In this document: positions 48,176-57,733 of the stretch, piece after piece
Layout: each line of letters opens with the position of its first letter
How positions within the stretch are numbered: position 1 is the stretch's first letter
IMG/VR virus record: IMGVR_UViG_3300022752_004330
Span: 49,690 to 113,689 of that record
DNA length: 64,000 nucleotides
Reading direction: 5' to 3' (one strand)
Source of the DNA: a virus
Position numbers and translations under genes: made by a program
The notes under the pieces: generated by a model
What the model saw: only the letters and a program-made list of their open reading frames with translations
Told to the model about the DNA's origin: nothing
The model's database searches: none

Positions 48176-48883
48176 TTAAGCTCTGGTCTGTAGTGAGTAA
48201 AATTGTTCTATTTTCTTTAACCATTGTTCTTGCCAACGATCAAATTCATCAGGCCATAGATCAAACTGTTGATATTTAAGATCACGAGTACACATAAACA
48301 CATGTCCTTCACTTATATTAGTTTTATATACCTCATTATGCGCCATAATATACGCAGTTAATTGTATTTTATAATCTTCTACCCATTCTTCTTTTTTTTC
48401 TTTATTAGATTGTTTGTAATCCATAATACTAGGATTACCTTTATATACTCCGACTAAGTCAGTGGTGCCACTGTATAAACCAGGATAGTATAAACTTTGT
48501 TCCAAGGCCCATACTTCTTCAACATGCGTCAAGGCATTTTCTATTATAACATCAGCCATCTTATTTGCCTGTACATGTACAGGATTGTTTCCAGGTTGTC
48601 TTTGTAAACCAGCTAAAAATCTTTCCAAATTTCCATGCATGGCTGTACCAACTCCAGCTGATTCTTTGGTTATCTGTGCTGCCTTTTCTTCTCCTATACG
48701 TCGTTTCCATTCATTCAATGCAGTCATATCTTTAGTAGATCCTAAAATTGTAGTGACTGAAGGAAGACTTTCTCCGTCAGGAGTAAGATATACTCGTTTA
48801 CGAGTTATAGGGTCATTTATTTGTTTACAGTTTTTGTATTGAAATCGTTCAACAAAAGGAGGGGGTTGGAAAGTAGATATCAT
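48176..48883 (-). CDS. PD-(D/E)xK exonuclease
   Basis: PSVTTIL, GTAMH, YSGTTD, IMDYK, QLTAY. Confidence 0.85.
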   Translation of the reverse strand: MISTFQPPPFVERFQYKNCKQINDPITRKRVYLTPDGESLPSVTTILGSTKDMTALNEWKRRIGEEKAAQITKESAGVGTAMHGNLERFLAGLQRQPGNNPVHVQANKMADVIIENALTHVEEVWALEQSLYYPGLYSGTTDLVGVYKGNPSIMDYKQSNKEKKEEWVEDYKIQLTAYIMAHNEVYKTNISEGHVFMCTRDLKYQQFDLWPDEFDRWQEQWLKKIEQFYSLQTRA

Positions 48884-48914
48884 AAACTTAATTATAATAT
48901 CTTGTTTAGGATTT

Positions 48915-49268
48915 TTAAAGATTAGGTTTAAGGTTTTTTGCGTTTGATTTTGCCATTGCATCAACCGAAGGGCCGCCGGACGCAGCGGCTTTAGCCTGTG
49001 CAGGATCCTCTGGCTTATCTAACACTATGGAACCATCTGGATTTATAGTTTTAATCATTTCACCGGCCGGTCCTAGAGAATTTTTTAGTGCTGTCATTAT
49101 TTGAGCACGATCGCTGTCAACACCACCTAATGGTAAATCAAACCGTTTAAGGTAATTCATGACAGTGGCAAATGGTATAACACCACTTGTGTCGTTATTA
49201 GCGGCCAACCCTCTTAAAACTTTAAGAATGGGTATGACCGCACCTGTGTCTACTTCAAATAATCTCAT
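48915..49268 (-). CDS. hypothetical virion protein
   Basis: MRLFE leader; VDAMAK tail. Confidence 0.6.
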   Translation of the reverse strand: MRLFEVDTGAVIPILKVLRGLAANNDTSGVIPFATVMNYLKRFDLPLGGVDSDRAQIMTALKNSLGPAGEMIKTINPDGSIVLDKPEDPAQAKAAASGGPSVDAMAKSNAKNLKPNL

Positions 49269-50896
49269 CTAGCCAATCTGCTGATTATTGAATGGCTTTC
49301 TGCAAGTTTCTTTTGAAAATGACTTTCACGCATTTCACGTCCAGGAGTACCTTCACCAGCAGCAGCATCAGCGGCAGCAAATTCATCACCTGCTGGCTCT
49401 GCCGCACCTGGTTCATTCATCATGTCCGGACCTGAAGGCTCAACGCCTGGTTCTGCTCCCATGGGCTCCATAGGTGTTGCCTCACCTGCTAGAACAGCTA
49501 CAGCATTTGAAATGGCCTCACGTTGACTCATTAGAGTTTCTAATGTAGCAGAAAGTGCTGGAGCAACTGCCTGTTTAAATGCTTCTGCTTCAGCAGCACC
49601 GAAGTCAGCACGAATAGCATCTGCTAGTTCAATCATAGATTTAGTTTGGTATTGGCCAACACGCTGCATCCATGATGTATAATCATTTACCATATCACCT
49701 GCTGCTGTAATAGCCTTGGCCTTACCTTCTTCATCTTCTTGTAGCAAAATAGCAAGGCTTTCATTAACAATACGGACGTGGCGTTTGAATATTGAATTGG
49801 CTTCTTCTAGTTTGCCTGCCTTCTTAAGTTTCTGACGAACGGCACCTGCTACACGCTCACCTGCAGCCTTGCTGCCATACTTCTCGCCTGCTTTCTTAGC
49901 AATCTTAGCAAAGTTCTTACCTGGCTTACCCTCGTCCTTGCCCTCCATTGTTTCATATTCTTTTAGTCTACCATCTCTCTCGGCACTTTTTAATAGGGCT
50001 GCACGATCTGCGTAACTACCACGCTTGACATCTTGGGCGGCCTGTATCTCACCGGGTGTTGGATCCTTGACATGTTTTAGAGGATCAAACTTTCCTTGAC
50101 GTTTTTGATATGCCCTATCTTTACGATCAGCATCTAAGGCGCTCATAGCACCTTCATATGTTCCACATTCTTTCAGACCATGCACAGGACACTTCTTACC
50201 TTTTGGTGTATGATTACACTTGTCCTCGCTCTCCTTCATTTTCTTTTCTTTACGCTTACGTGCTTTTTCATCTGCATCGTCTGCTGTATCCTGACCAGGT
50301 AGATCACGCTTGGTATATTGTGTACCTGTACCTGTTTTTGTTGCTGTATGTTTGCTTAGTTCTTTGCTTTGTCCTACATCGCTACTTGGCTTATCTTTGC
50401 CAAAGTAATAGTCATGTGTTTCTTTATCTGTGTCTTCACTGGTAGTTTTGCCGCCTTTTTGATCTTTGCCAGTAGCACCAGCGATGACATCACCTCTTGT
50501 TACTTTATCATATGGGGGATAGTTGTTTGCCAAGTTTCCGTCATCGGTACCTTTGGCTTTTTTTGTGTATTTTGGGGCACGAACACCTTTTTTAGCTTCG
50601 TCTATCTGAGCTAATCTGTCTCTTAATTTTGCAATGTCTTCGCCTAGCATTTCTTTAATCCTTGTATTAAGCAAGGCTAACATGGCCTTGTCTTTCTGAT
50701 ATGTTTCGTTAGTTAATAAATCATTGAAACCAGCTTGACCTTCTTGTTGAAACATACGAGTACGGATTTTATTTCGCATGTCTTCAAGTTGTTCTCTTGA
50801 ATATTGTTCTAACTTAACATTCATCCCAAACATTTTGGAAAGATTCTCCTTAAGTTTTGAACTGGTTAATTTTTTATTAAAATCATTAGTTTTCAT
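49265..50896 (-). CDS. putative prohead core/scaffold-like protein
   Basis: Charged low-complexity modules separated by Glu sites; ATAAATA upstream. Confidence 0.5.
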   Translation of the reverse strand: MKTNDFNKKLTSSKLKENLSKMFGMNVKLEQYSREQLEDMRNKIRTRMFQQEGQAGFNDLLTNETYQKDKAMLALLNTRIKEMLGEDIAKLRDRLAQIDEAKKGVRAPKYTKKAKGTDDGNLANNYPPYDKVTRGDVIAGATGKDQKGGKTTSEDTDKETHDYYFGKDKPSSDVGQSKELSKHTATKTGTGTQYTKRDLPGQDTADDADEKARKRKEKKMKESEDKCNHTPKGKKCPVHGLKECGTYEGAMSALDADRKDRAYQKRQGKFDPLKHVKDPTPGEIQAAQDVKRGSYADRAALLKSAERDGRLKEYETMEGKDEGKPGKNFAKIAKKAGEKYGSKAAGERVAGAVRQKLKKAGKLEEANSIFKRHVRIVNESLAILLQEDEEGKAKAITAAGDMVNDYTSWMQRVGQYQTKSMIELADAIRADFGAAEAEAFKQAVAPALSATLETLMSQREAISNAVAVLAGEATPMEPMGAEPGVEPSGPDMMNEPGAAEPAGDEFAAADAAAGEGTPGREMRESHFQKKLAESHSIISRLAR

Positions 50897-50925
50897 AGAG
50901 ATTCCAAAAGATATATTGTGTTTAT

Positions 50926-51387
50926 TTATCTTATACCAATAAGTTTTGCATAACCATCTTCTATTTGGTTTTTATAGATAGCTTTTTTATCTGCTGCTAC
51001 TGAGGCCTTGTGACTATATATTTCTTTTGTTTCTTTATCTAAATTTTTTTTATTCACCAGTTTGTTTAGATGTTGTTCTTCAAACAAAGCAGATCCATAC
51101 TTATAGTCTATTTCTATAAGTTTGTTATCAGGAAAATAATTAACTGCTAGACTATTAGCAACAACCGCAGCGGTCTGTGCTAGATTGATATTTTTAAACC
51201 TTACTTCACCTGACCAATCTATTATTTCATATAAACCATTATTTTTTATAATTTTATATCTGCCAACAGACACTGTGCCATCATTATTTTTCTTAGCAGG
51301 TGCTAAACCTTTTCTTTTCAGGTCTTGTTTGACCTTTAGTTGAAGATCATATAGTCTTTGATAAATGTAATTTATATCGGGATTCAT
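50926..51387 (-). CDS. hypothetical protein
   Basis: 153-aa ORF in operon. Confidence 0.65.
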   Translation of the reverse strand: MNPDINYIYQRLYDLQLKVKQDLKRKGLAPAKKNNDGTVSVGRYKIIKNNGLYEIIDWSGEVRFKNINLAQTAAVVANSLAVNYFPDNKLIEIDYKYGSALFEEQHLNKLVNKKNLDKETKEIYSHKASVAADKKAIYKNQIEDGYAKLIGIR

Positions 51388-51577
51388 CTAATTTTTTAAC
51401 TAAAATGTTATGATTACTTATAGAATATATCCCTTTTCTAACCAGATTTTGAGCAATCCATGTCTCTTGTTCACTCAACCCGGTAAGTCTGATTTTATCT
51501 TTGTGCGAATCTATAAATTCACGTTCTTGGTTTGTCAAGGCAATATGAGTCCCATCTAATAACTGAGATATTTTCAT
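51347..51577 (-). CDS. hypothetical protein
   Basis: MKISQL leader; AQNLVRKG. Confidence 0.65.
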   Translation of the reverse strand: MKISQLLDGTHIALTNQEREFIDSHKDKIRLTGLSEQETWIAQNLVRKGIYSISNHNILVKKLDESRYKLHLSKTI

Positions 51578-51822
51578 ACAGTTTTATTTAGGTCCATCTG
51601 CTGTTTTTGTAAGGCCTGTAGTTCTGCTTGTTTGGCTTTTATTTGCATCATTAGGTCTTGTTTTTGCTTTTCTTTTTCTTGTTTTTGTTTTGCCAATTGT
51701 GCAGCCTGTAGGGCAGGATCAGTAAGTTGTTGAGTGTTACCTGTAACTGTTCCTGCCTGAGGTTGGCTCATTGTAGTACTACCTACCGGTGTGATGGCTT
51801 CTAGTATATCAAAAATTTTCAT
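51574..51822 (-). CDS. small coiled-coil protein
   Basis: MKIFDILE leader; Q/K-rich. Confidence 0.65.
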   Translation of the reverse strand: MKIFDILEAITPVGSTTMSQPQAGTVTGNTQQLTDPALQAAQLAKQKQEKEKQKQDLMMQIKAKQAELQALQKQQMDLNKTV

Positions 51823-52049
51823 GATATTTTTTGTAAAACTACCCCAAGTAAACCAAGCACAGCTACAATAATTGTACCAGCTGTGCCTATTAAAACTTTA
51901 ACGGTATTAAGTTGGCCCGCTTCTACAGTGTTTTTTAAACCGGACAAAATATGTTCAACATTACTTAAACGTTTTTCCAATGCATCATATCTTTGAGCAC
52001 ATAATTCAACATGTGCTTCTAAGTTTTCTTTTTCTATGTCAGTAGGCAT
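51819..52049 (-). CDS. small coiled-coil protein with C-terminal TM helix
   Basis: LEAHVELCAQRY..LE.RL + TM. Confidence 0.7.
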   Translation of the reverse strand: MPTDIEKENLEAHVELCAQRYDALEKRLSNVEHILSGLKNTVEAGQLNTVKVLIGTAGTIIVAVLGLLGVVLQKIS

Positions 52050-52092
52050 CTACCCAGTCTCCAATGATCTTTACAGCAAAAAAATAATAAGC

Positions 52093-52527
52093 CTAAATAG
52101 AGCCAAAAAGTGCCTTAACGATTGTATTTTTAGAGGCAGGATCATTGAGATCAAAAATTGCCTTATCGATATTTATCGATTCTGTTAATTTTTGAATGAT
52201 GGGCACACCGTGAATATCTCCATACAAACTAGCAATAGGGTCTCCACTATTACTGTTATCAGAGTAGGCCATACTACGTTCTGGACTAAACCTAAAAGTC
52301 CATACTTTATGTTTGCCCTTATGTTTAGACCCAAATTCAGAATCTTTGAGGTCTTTGATTTCTATCTGTGGATCATTGTCGAATATGATGTTCGATCTTA
52401 GTTCTAAACATTGTTTTAATGTTGTAAAATTTCTATACTGATCATGTTCTAATTGATGCCCAGTTTTTATCCGGTTTACTTTTGTATTGGTAATGTCTAC
52501 CAGTGTTTGAATTTCGATTATTATCAT
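52093..52527 (-). CDS. hypothetical protein
   Basis: TLVDIT.T...Q..NF.TL.Q..ELR. Confidence 0.7.
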   Translation of the reverse strand: MIIIEIQTLVDITNTKVNRIKTGHQLEHDQYRNFTTLKQCLELRSNIIFDNDPQIEIKDLKDSEFGSKHKGKHKVWTFRFSPERSMAYSDNSNSGDPIASLYGDIHGVPIIQKLTESINIDKAIFDLNDPASKNTIVKALFGSI

Positions 52528-52561
52528 AATATACCTATATTATTATAAGATATTTATAGAT

Positions 52562-52587
52562 AAAAAAAGCGGCCGGAGCCGCTTTTT
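52562..52587 (-). terminator. intrinsic terminator
   Basis: AAAAAGCGGC-TCCG-GCCGCTTTTTTT. Confidence 0.8.
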
Positions 52588-52605
52588 GAAGTGCTAGATT
52601 ACCAA

Positions 52606-53001
52606 TTAGGTAATAGTTGGCCAACCAGCTGTAACTGTTGTAGAGGCGTTGTTAACGCTCTGTAGGTTACCTGTGGCTTGAACTAGTGTTTGTAGGTAAG
52701 AAACTAATGTCTCTGTACCAGCAGCGCCATCATAGTTATCTGTTGGGTAGTCACCGCCTAAAGATGCAATAGCTACTGGTAGTACTGTACCACTTGTCTG
52801 TAATGGAGCCATTACTTCGATACTTACACGTGATTGAATAGCTTCCAATGCAGCTACAACTGGGCTACGTACACCAGCTGAGGTAGCAGCTAATTTAGCA
52901 CTTACATCACTTGGGAAAGTTACTTTAATAAACATTAAAGAAACGCCATTTTTAAATGATGGTAAACTAACAGATTCATTTTTCTTTAAAATCGTTGCCA
53001 T
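52606..53001 (-). CDS. putative abundant virion protein
   Basis: A/T/S/G-rich, strong AGGAGA SD, ATAAATA upstream, own terminator. Confidence 0.6.
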   Translation of the reverse strand: MATILKKNESVSLPSFKNGVSLMFIKVTFPSDVSAKLAATSAGVRSPVVAALEAIQSRVSIEVMAPLQTSGTVLPVAIASLGGDYPTDNYDGAAGTETLVSYLQTLVQATGNLQSVNNASTTVTAGWPTIT

Positions 53002-53073
53002 TTTATATATCTCCTAATCTTTAAAGTTTCACCCGAAACTCTTTGTAAACTTATTTATCTTTTATCTAAAAAA

Positions 53074-53346
53074 TTAATCCAAATGGCTTATGCCCTTGGT
53101 AGTGCTGTCACGGAATTTACGTATTCCTCTGGTAAATTTACTAGGGTCAGATGCTTTAATACTATTTATAAACCTACGTTCTAACTCATCTGCTTGTTCA
53201 GCTGGGAATGATTCTTTAATTATCTGTAGCAAATTTATAGCACTGTTAATCACATGAGCTGCACGACTTTCTACTATATTTTCTCTATTTTTTTTAAGAG
53301 CTATAGAATTAAGTTCTTCTAACAGGCTTTTTGTGGTTCTTTTCAA
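53074..53346 (-). CDS. conserved phage hypothetical protein
   Basis: ESRAAHVINSAINL...LERRF.NSI..DP.KF.RGI. Confidence 0.7.
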   Translation of the reverse strand: MKRTTKSLLEELNSIALKKNRENIVESRAAHVINSAINLLQIIKESFPAEQADELERRFINSIKASDPSKFTRGIRKFRDSTTKGISHLD

Positions 53347-53408
53347 AATAAATATCCTTTTGGTATTTATTACAACTACGTAATAATATAAAAGTATTTT
53401 TTAATTAT

Positions 53409-53424
53409 TTGTGCAGAGCAACAT
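53409..53424 (+). promoter_or_regulatory. PhaR-like operator (TGC-N3-GCA)
   Basis: TTGTGCAGAGCAACAT upstream of small-gene cluster. Confidence 0.4.
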
Positions 53425-53466
53425 AAATATATCTATACACATATACATATAGGAGAAATATAAACA

Positions 53467-53640
53467 ATGTCTATATCAACACTCATGCTCAATATCCTTG
53501 AGCGCCTCGCTGAAATGTTTCCGAATGATTCTTACCAGAATAGATTGGATCAATATTTAAGCACAAAAAGCATAACAGATGCTGCTACTCTTGAAAATTA
53601 TATGAAAGAGTATGAATACAAATCCCATAAGGAGTTTTAA
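53467..53640 (+). CDS. DUF3563-like small protein (57 aa, not in ORF track)
   Basis: ILERLAEMFP..SYQNRLDQYLSTKSITDAATLENYMKEYE; AGGAG SD. Confidence 0.7.
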   Translation: MSISTLMLNILERLAEMFPNDSYQNRLDQYLSTKSITDAATLENYMKEYEYKSHKEF

Positions 53641-53641
53641 T

Positions 53642-53755
53642 ATGATGACCTATATCTTAGCAGTATTTCACAAAATATTTCTAGCCCTAGAAGCAAGCGG
53701 CCAAGCTCGTGCTCGTAGATTTATGACTTCACATTTTCCAGGAGCATGGCGATGA
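53642..53755 (+). CDS. small protein (37 aa)
   Basis: AAGGAG SD; ALEASGQARARR. Confidence 0.55.
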   Translation: MMTYILAVFHKIFLALEASGQARARRFMTSHFPGAWR

Positions 53756-53859
53756 AAATTCTTACCTTAATCTATGATGTATGGTGTTCTGGGCTGCTAG
53801 CTGCTCATCTAACACGTAGAGGTAAATGGCAAAGTGCTGCGAGGTTAATGAATAAATGA
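53752..53859 (+). CDS. small protein (35 aa)
   Basis: ATGA overlap, AGGAG SD; AAHLTRRGKWQSAARLM. Confidence 0.55.
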   Translation: MKILTLIYDVWCSGLLAAHLTRRGKWQSAARLMNK

Positions 53860-54002
53860 TTACAATTATAATTATTATATTTGCATTTTTACTTGCAGTT
53901 GTGGCCATAGACGAAATGCTAGAACAGAAAACAGAATTAGGTGAAGAATGGGAATTTACACGAATAAATTTTACACCGAGACCTATTGACAAAAATAAAT
54001 AA
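53856..54002 (+). CDS. small membrane protein (48 aa)
   Basis: ATGA overlap; N-terminal TM. Confidence 0.45.
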   Translation: MITIIIIIFAFLLAVVAIDEMLEQKTELGEEWEFTRINFTPRPIDKNK

Positions 54003-54013
54003 ACTTATATAAT
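53986..54013 (+). promoter_or_regulatory. sigma70 promoter
   Basis: TTGACA-16-TATAAT. Confidence 0.7.
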
Positions 54014-54035
54014 ATTACAGACAGGGAGACAATTT

Positions 54036-54326
54036 ATGTTTAATCAACCTTTATTATTCATTGACAGTGTGCAAAATGCCAAGAGGCAATTTGTAGAAAA
54101 ATATGTACGTCATCAAGATATCAAGGCAGATATGATTATCTATATTGACGCACAAAGTAAATTTTTGCACTCAGCTGTAGAAGCCACAAGCAATATTATT
54201 TCAACATGTGGCCGAGAAATATTACATACCAAAGTAGAAAAATTAGTCAATCCTTTTAGTATTGATTGGTTCAAGGCAGGTTGGGATGCCTGGTCTGCAC
54301 AAAGTCGTGCAGAAAATAAAGCCTAA
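54036..54326 (+). CDS. helical hypothetical protein, possibly phasin-like
   Basis: FIDSVQNAKRQFVEKYV...YIDAQSKF amphipathic helices; GGGAG SD. Confidence 0.6.
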   Translation: MFNQPLLFIDSVQNAKRQFVEKYVRHQDIKADMIIYIDAQSKFLHSAVEATSNIISTCGREILHTKVEKLVNPFSIDWFKAGWDAWSAQSRAENKA

Positions 54327-54357
54327 CATAAAGACATACACACATAAGGAGAATACT

Positions 54358-54645
54358 ATGTCAAATTACAGTGATAAAATGATTCCAGATATGAAACTAC
54401 CTGAAGTAAAATTTAACAAGAACGGATATGAAATCCGCACAGATATTCTACATCTAGCCAAAGACCTTGTTGCTCAAGAATACACCTACAAATATCAAGG
54501 TTGGGAACTAAGCGCCAAACGTGATGAAAAGACTGGTCAGATTGTTACGTCAGTTGGCATGCCTGAATTTCCAGGACTTGACAAAGTGCTTGAAACCGCT
54601 GAAAAAATGTATGCCTTTGTTAATGCTGCTAACGGTAGAAAATAA
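54358..54645 (+). CDS. conserved phage hypothetical protein
   Basis: KNGYEIRTDILHLAKD...VLETAEKMYAFVN; AAGGAG SD. Confidence 0.75.
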   Translation: MSNYSDKMIPDMKLPEVKFNKNGYEIRTDILHLAKDLVAQEYTYKYQGWELSAKRDEKTGQIVTSVGMPEFPGLDKVLETAEKMYAFVNAANGRK

Positions 54646-54680
54646 TATTATATCGGCATAGCCAAATTAGTTAAAATAAC

Positions 54681-54707
54681 AACCCCGGGTAGTGCCGGGG
54701 TTTTTTA
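54681..54707 (+). terminator. intrinsic terminator between convergent genes
   Basis: AACCCCGG-GTAGTG-CCGGGGTTTTTT. Confidence 0.75.
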
Positions 54708-55787
54708 TCTAAGTCCAAATGTTAACATGTAGTCTTTGAAATTGTTTTCTCTATCATCTAGGCCGTTAAGGCCACCGTTGATAATCTTTGTAACACGAGT
54801 AGTATCTGAAAAGTCTTTGACCAAAGGTTTTACACGATCAGTCCAATACCATACCGCTATTCGAGCTGCAATATCTGGTTGTGCAGCCAGGTCTGGTTTC
54901 TTAACTAATCTATCATCTCCAAATATATCTCTGCTGGCCTGTGTATAGTTTTCTCTGCCAGTAAGTTGAACAAACCCTCTGCCTTTGAACGTTATGCCGT
55001 CACCTTTATATTTGTTGCCTAACTTAGTGGCCAGTCTAGGATTGTGTTTAGGATCATATTTGTTGAAATATGTGGCCTTGCCTATTTCCTTCATCTTCTT
55101 AAAGTCTAGGCTTTCATGCTCCATCTGTGCTAGAAACTGTGCTAGTTCTATGCCTTGTATGCCCTGTGCTTTGGCAGTCTTCATTAACATGGTAGCACGA
55201 GGTGTAAGTGGTTTTGCCTGTGCCTGTTTATAGGATTTAGCTTTTACCTGACTTTTTTTTTGGAGTTGTGCCTGCTGTTTGGCCGTTTGTAATTCTGGTG
55301 TTAGAAATCCACTGCTGACATCTTTAGGACCACCTAGCATGCCTAGTCCTACCAGTCCTGCTGCTGCCATGCCTTTAAGACTTTCGTCTGTGTTTTCTGT
55401 AATGGCACGCACCTTAAGGTATTCTGGATACTGCTTATTGAAATGACGCATGATAATACCGGCCATGGCATTTGCCTGATTTTCTTCATCACTGCCTGTT
55501 ATACCACTGTCATTATTAAGTTGACCTTCTAGGTCTTGCTTGTAGTGTGTAAGTTCATGCGCCACTGTGCGCAGGATGTCATTAGGATGACGATTTTTTA
55601 GGGCCACATATAGCTTACGCTCACCGTTGAGATATACACCGAAACTAGGTTGATCGTGTAGATTAAGTTCACCTTCAAATTCAAAGTCGGGTAGACTGGG
55701 TAAATTTAATACTTTAACAGCAATAGGTAGAAAATGTCGAAACATATCTACTATATTAGGTGAGTCTTTGAATTCGTTGAAGCGCAT
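54705..55787 (-). CDS. HExxH domain fused to GH19 lysozyme/chitinase
   Basis: LRTVAHELTH...ENQANAMAG; AQFLAQMEHES, FKGRGFVQLTGRENY, VTKIINGGLNGLDDR. Confidence 0.85.
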   Translation of the reverse strand: MRFNEFKDSPNIVDMFRHFLPIAVKVLNLPSLPDFEFEGELNLHDQPSFGVYLNGERKLYVALKNRHPNDILRTVAHELTHYKQDLEGQLNNDSGITGSDEENQANAMAGIIMRHFNKQYPEYLKVRAITENTDESLKGMAAAGLVGLGMLGGPKDVSSGFLTPELQTAKQQAQLQKKSQVKAKSYKQAQAKPLTPRATMLMKTAKAQGIQGIELAQFLAQMEHESLDFKKMKEIGKATYFNKYDPKHNPRLATKLGNKYKGDGITFKGRGFVQLTGRENYTQASRDIFGDDRLVKKPDLAAQPDIAARIAVWYWTDRVKPLVKDFSDTTRVTKIINGGLNGLDDRENNFKDYMLTFGLR

Positions 55788-55929
55788 GTGATATTTATTT
55801 TAATAAGTCATTGCATAGTAGATCAATGCTACTACTATGCCTAGAGGTATCCACCATGAAATAAAATAGCCTGATCCTAGTGCGAGACCTAGCCACGAAA
55901 AATGGTAGGTATGAAACACCCACGGTTGA

Positions 55930-56379
55930 TTAATTGCACCAAGAAGTTTTTGCTTCACCAAAGTATTCACGAGCGTATCCATTTTTAATAAGTTCTGCTC
56001 TTAGGCTTACACCGTTTAGGATCATGTCACCTAGCACACGACCACCAAACTTATCCCATCCATAGAGCACTACTTGATGCTTTTGCGTTGATTCAACTGC
56101 TTTTTTGGTAAATGCTGTAGCGGCTTGTCCACGCTGATCTTCTGAAGGGCACTGTGCTCTGAAGCCTTTTTCTGGAGTGTCTACTCCGTATATACGCACA
56201 GCTAGTTCTGGTTTCAAAGGTGCTGGCAAGAATGGTGCTGCAATGACCACAGTATCTCCATCATTAATTCTGACAATTTTTGCATCATATGTTACTCCTT
56301 GCGGTGTTTTTTGTGCCAACGCTATGGGCTGCAAACATAGAAAACCTAAAAGGCATGTTATAAAAATTTTATTTTTCAT
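55930..56379 (-). CDS. thermonuclease (SNase family)
   Basis: Signal peptide, DGDT, VRIYGVDTPE, DKFGGRVLG. Confidence 0.9.
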   Translation of the reverse strand: MKNKIFITCLLGFLCLQPIALAQKTPQGVTYDAKIVRINDGDTVVIAAPFLPAPLKPELAVRIYGVDTPEKGFRAQCPSEDQRGQAATAFTKKAVESTQKHQVVLYGWDKFGGRVLGDMILNGVSLRAELIKNGYAREYFGEAKTSWCN

Positions 56380-56387
56380 TGTAAATC

Positions 56388-57731
56388 TTAAATATATTCT
56401 TGCCATGTAATAGTTCCCACGGCATCGTCGTTGATTGTTGTAGATATTACTGCCAAGCACCAAATATCACTTACACCTTGAATTGTCTTACCTAGCTGTT
56501 GACTAAAATCTACGTCTGATGCAGATATCGAGGTAGATCCACCTTTTACTGCGCCAACAAATACTCCTTGATCTATTATAGTACCGCCACTGACCCCTGA
56601 AGCTGAAATGTCAAATTCTACAGAACTATCATTCCCTGCACTAGTCCAAGTTGGACTAGTAAGAGTTGGGTTTAGAATTATTTGGTATCCAAAAGCAGTT
56701 TGCTGTAATCCATATAGATCAAACTTTTTTGGTACAACAATACTTTCTAAATTTGTACTTTTAAGCCTTATACAAACTAAAGGAGTATATACCACATTAG
56801 ATAAATTTTTTCCAAGAAGACTAGTACCTGCTGTTCTACTTGTGCTTCGATTTACATATCCAGCTTCTGAAATCACTGTTGAACATATTGCTCGCATGGT
56901 GCCAGTAGATCCCGTACTGGTAATTTCATATCTTATAGGTAAACTTGCTGTGGTCATATAAACTTTATTAAATATATTTGCATGATGAAATATGTGGCAT
57001 ACTATAAATTGTCCATTAATAATAAATCCAGTTCTTACAGATCCAACACCTAACCATTCTATATCACACCACCAAATTTGAGATTTAGTTACATCTAAAT
57101 TAATTCCGCTGATATTATAAGGTCCACCAATTCCATTAAGCCTATCTATATTCCATGCGGATTGTGGAATTTTTTCAGTAGTATCATCCACTGACCCCGA
57201 CGTATACTTTCGTATAACTAAATTTAAGGTAGTACCTGCGATTTCAAAAAATACACCGTTCTGACTGCTAAAATAACCTACTCTTTGTGTAAGGTTGGCC
57301 GAAGGAGTAGCTCCAACAAATGTAACCATGGCTAGCAAACTTTTACCAGGTTGGTAAGAAAAATTTTGTTTGCTCTGTCTAATAGCCGAGTCACCATTAC
57401 CCGAGACCACCATTTGAATGGAACTTTCATTTGTGATAAATGTAGATGTACCTGCGCCGATATCTTGTTGACTCCATTTAAATGGATCGTCTCTATAACG
57501 AAGCCCACCATCGAATAACGTAAAGGGTTGGCTGACACGCATTCTCCCAAATGCATCTAAACTAGCAGAAATATTTCCTGCATTATTATATGTGACACCT
57601 CCTACATTGTTTACCCTAATTAATGGCTCTCCAGCTGAACTATAGTCCATGGCCTTGTGTACATTTAATAAATTACTTTCTTGGGGATGAATGTAATTTG
57701 AACTTGTATTAAGATAACGATCAACAGGCAT
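56388..57731 (-). CDS. virion structural protein, paralog of 800..3712
   Basis: DAFGRMRVSQP, RQSK..FSYQPGKS, DIEWLGVGSVRTGF. Confidence 0.7.
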   Translation of the reverse strand: MPVDRYLNTSSNYIHPQESNLLNVHKAMDYSSAGEPLIRVNNVGGVTYNNAGNISASLDAFGRMRVSQPFTLFDGGLRYRDDPFKWSQQDIGAGTSTFITNESSIQMVVSGNGDSAIRQSKQNFSYQPGKSLLAMVTFVGATPSANLTQRVGYFSSQNGVFFEIAGTTLNLVIRKYTSGSVDDTTEKIPQSAWNIDRLNGIGGPYNISGINLDVTKSQIWWCDIEWLGVGSVRTGFIINGQFIVCHIFHHANIFNKVYMTTASLPIRYEITSTGSTGTMRAICSTVISEAGYVNRSTSRTAGTSLLGKNLSNVVYTPLVCIRLKSTNLESIVVPKKFDLYGLQQTAFGYQIILNPTLTSPTWTSAGNDSSVEFDISASGVSGGTIIDQGVFVGAVKGGSTSISASDVDFSQQLGKTIQGVSDIWCLAVISTTINDDAVGTITWQEYI

Positions 57732-57733
57732 GT

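Noticed and set aside
48176-48883. Cas4 of a CRISPR system
   Set aside because: No Fe-S cysteine cluster and no CRISPR context; ordinary phage PD-(D/E)xK exonuclease
55800-55982. 60-aa ORF as annotated in the track
   Set aside because: Its 5' part overlaps the nuclease gene in another frame; a shorter membrane peptide may exist but the start cannot be supported
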